Assembly: GCA_965219565.1 (NCBI GenBank)
Contig: OZ244780.1
Coordinates: 1,346,146 to 1,410,145, forward strand
DNA: 64,000 bases
Origin: Dehalococcoidia bacterium
GTDB taxonomy: Bacteria; Chloroflexota; Dehalococcoidia; Lucifugimonadales; JAGWBF01
Direction of reading: 5' to 3'
A program made the position numbers and the translations under genes. Numbering within the stretch: the first letter of the stretch is position 1; each line of letters starts with the position of its first letter. Under the pieces are notes generated by a model. The model had not been told where the DNA came from. It searched no databases and saw only the letters and a program-made list of their open reading frames with translations. Of the stretch, positions 62,600 to 64,000 are shown one piece after another.

Positions 62600-63394
62600 C
62601 TATGCCTCTGTTCCGCCCAGGAACGAGCGCAAGCCGTTCCTTAGCGGCTCCAGCGACTCGTCTTTCAGACGCTGGATCCTCTTTTTCGCCGCAGACCGGC
62701 TAATCTGTCTCGCTTTGGCGTACTCCTCGTAGGCCCAGCGCGATAGCCGGTTGCCGATGAGTTCGACGACGAAGTCCACAAGTCTTTCTCTACTGTCTTC
62801 CCCTTCACTAAGCTGAAGATCACCCGGCTCAAGCATCAGATCCTTCATGAAATTGAAGGCATCGAGTTGGGCGCCTTTAATGTCGGCAAGTGCGTTGGCG
62901 AGCAGCTGAGTGACTTCATCTAGAAGCAGACGATCCTGCACGGCGCCAGCCGGGTCTCCAGTGGGGTCAGGGATATCTTCGTCGACCTCGCCGAAGGCGT
63001 CGCCTATCGGACGCTGGCGCCGGTTGGTGGTGTTCTGCTTCCGAAGCAAGTCGATGGTCTTGTGCTTTGCGATCACGGAAACAAAGGCCTTGAAGTGGTC
63101 GCCACTGTCAAAGGTCCACTTGGACGCGTCCCGCTTCCAAAGCGCCATCCAAACCTCGTCGATTACGTCTCCGGTGATTTCGGATTGGGCGTAATTGCCT
63201 TTTGCGGCCCCTAGAGCCACCAACTTGACATGAGGCTCAACAGTCTCCCAGCAATCATCGGACCACGCCGACGGTTTGTTGTAGGACATGAAGGCCCAAA
63301 GGTCCGGTTTGGGTATCCCTTGTTCGGAAGGATTGTCTGGATTCTGCATATCGGATGACTCCGCTATCGCCCCGTCGGAGAGGTCGTCCTGCAC
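62600..63394 (-). CDS. Sigma-70 family (ECF-like) RNA polymerase sigma factor
   Basis: DVIDEVWMALWKRDASKWTFDSGDHFKAFVSVIAKHKTIDLLRKQ is region 2-like. The C-terminal RQISRSAAKKRIQRLK is region 4-like. Confidence 0.6.
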   Translation of the reverse strand: MQDDLSDGAIAESSDMQNPDNPSEQGIPKPDLWAFMSYNKPSAWSDDCWETVEPHVKLVALGAAKGNYAQSEITGDVIDEVWMALWKRDASKWTFDSGDHFKAFVSVIAKHKTIDLLRKQNTTNRRQRPIGDAFGEVDEDIPDPTGDPAGAVQDRLLLDEVTQLLANALADIKGAQLDAFNFMKDLMLEPGDLQLSEGEDSRERLVDFVVELIGNRLSRWAYEEYAKARQISRSAAKKRIQRLKDESLEPLRNGLRSFLGGTEA

Positions 63395-63625
63395 CCGAAC
63401 TCTGACGCCTATTCAGCCAGTCTACCATTAAGGTGTGACCGCAATAAGGCCTACTCTTGCCGCACCCTGTCATTACCTAAACGTACCACCCCAGCAAGCT
63501 GGGACATTTGTCCGGCTCGGGCTTTTACCGTTGCGGAGAGCGCTGGTCGTGGATTCTTCGGAGAGCATGCGTTGTGGGGTGGACGCCGAGCTGCGCAGCT
63601 TTTCCGACCAGAGCATGTGTCGGCA

Positions 63626-64000
63626 TCAATCAACGACTTGCCAAGCGGCGCTCCCGATCGTGTCGCCCTTCAGCAGAATGTCGGCCCAATAGAGCCCTGA
63701 CTCCCAGCGGGCCTCAGGCCCGGGCCCGATGGGTACGTGCCACTGGACCCCGTGAACCGCCGGTTCCCATCCAACGGTCCGGCGCGCCTCCTCGACCCGA
63801 TATCCGTAACTCTCGGAGTATTCGACGACTTCAACGGGAACAACTGACTCCTGCTCGTCGGCGTGGTCCGAAGCAGACCCGGGGGAGAACTCCACAAAGA
63901 GCCTCGACTGTTTATCCCTGCGGTTCGCCGAGAAGCGGTCGACGGGCTGGCCTGGTTCGTAACCGAGGAAGAGGGCCTCCAGCGGAGTATCGAAGTCAGT
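63626..64000 (-). CDS. Hypothetical protein, 5' end outside the window
   Basis: The frame of ORF 63626..63895 stays open upstream to position 64000 (translated by hand). Confidence 0.35.
   Translation of the reverse strand, partial: TDFDTPLEALFLGYEPGQPVDRFSANRRDKQSRLFVEFSPGSASDHADEQESVVPVEVVEYSESYGYRVEEARRTVGWEPAVHGVQWHVPIGPGPEARWESGLYWADILLKGDTIGSAAWQVVD

Overview
This window holds a short stretch of ordinary chromosome, then a large mobile and accessory region inserted just after a tRNA-Asn gene.

**1-7093, chromosome.** Genes: D-aminoacylase-like amidohydrolase, Rieske ferredoxin, enoyl-CoA hydratase, a DUF35/thiolase-like pair, a HAD hydrolase and tRNA-Asn(GTT).

**About 7.1-51.8 kb, integrative conjugative element (ICE).** GC content rises visibly from 7128. 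The region reads as a composite ICE carrying:
- a large serine recombinase
- a monoderm-type type IV secretion module (VirD4-like, VirB4-like, PrgI-like, VirB6-like and two VirB2-like proteins)
- no recognisable relaxase
- a gene-free 41-bp tandem repeat array
- a DNA-processing block: primase, Rad52-type annealase, Cas4-like nuclease, SSB and RadC
- an N6-adenine methyltransferase gene split by a 3-kb group II intron that carries an extra membrane-protein ORF
- an SNF2 helicase
- a tightly coupled ubiquitin-like / E2-like / JAB / E1 (PRTRC-like) cassette
- an 8-kb module encoding a 2161-aa LRR/cadherin-like surface protein, flanked by direct repeats

**51.8-64 kb, accessory genes and relics.** These are an AbiEi/AbiEii toxin-antitoxin pair (the toxin carries a WYL-like C-terminal extension), a low-GC DUF2971 protein, fragments of a GAF/winged-helix regulator, the 3' relic of a second serine recombinase, and a sigma factor / unknown / TPR-CHAT operon.

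**Best candidate for a poorly understood system.** The Ubl-E2-JAB-E1 cassette, sitting in what looks like the early-transfer region of the ICE. The intron-split methyltransferase with intron cargo and the 41-bp array come next.

**Limits.** All homology calls were made by eye from motifs and from memory of protein families. No searches were run. Element boundaries and att sites are hypotheses.
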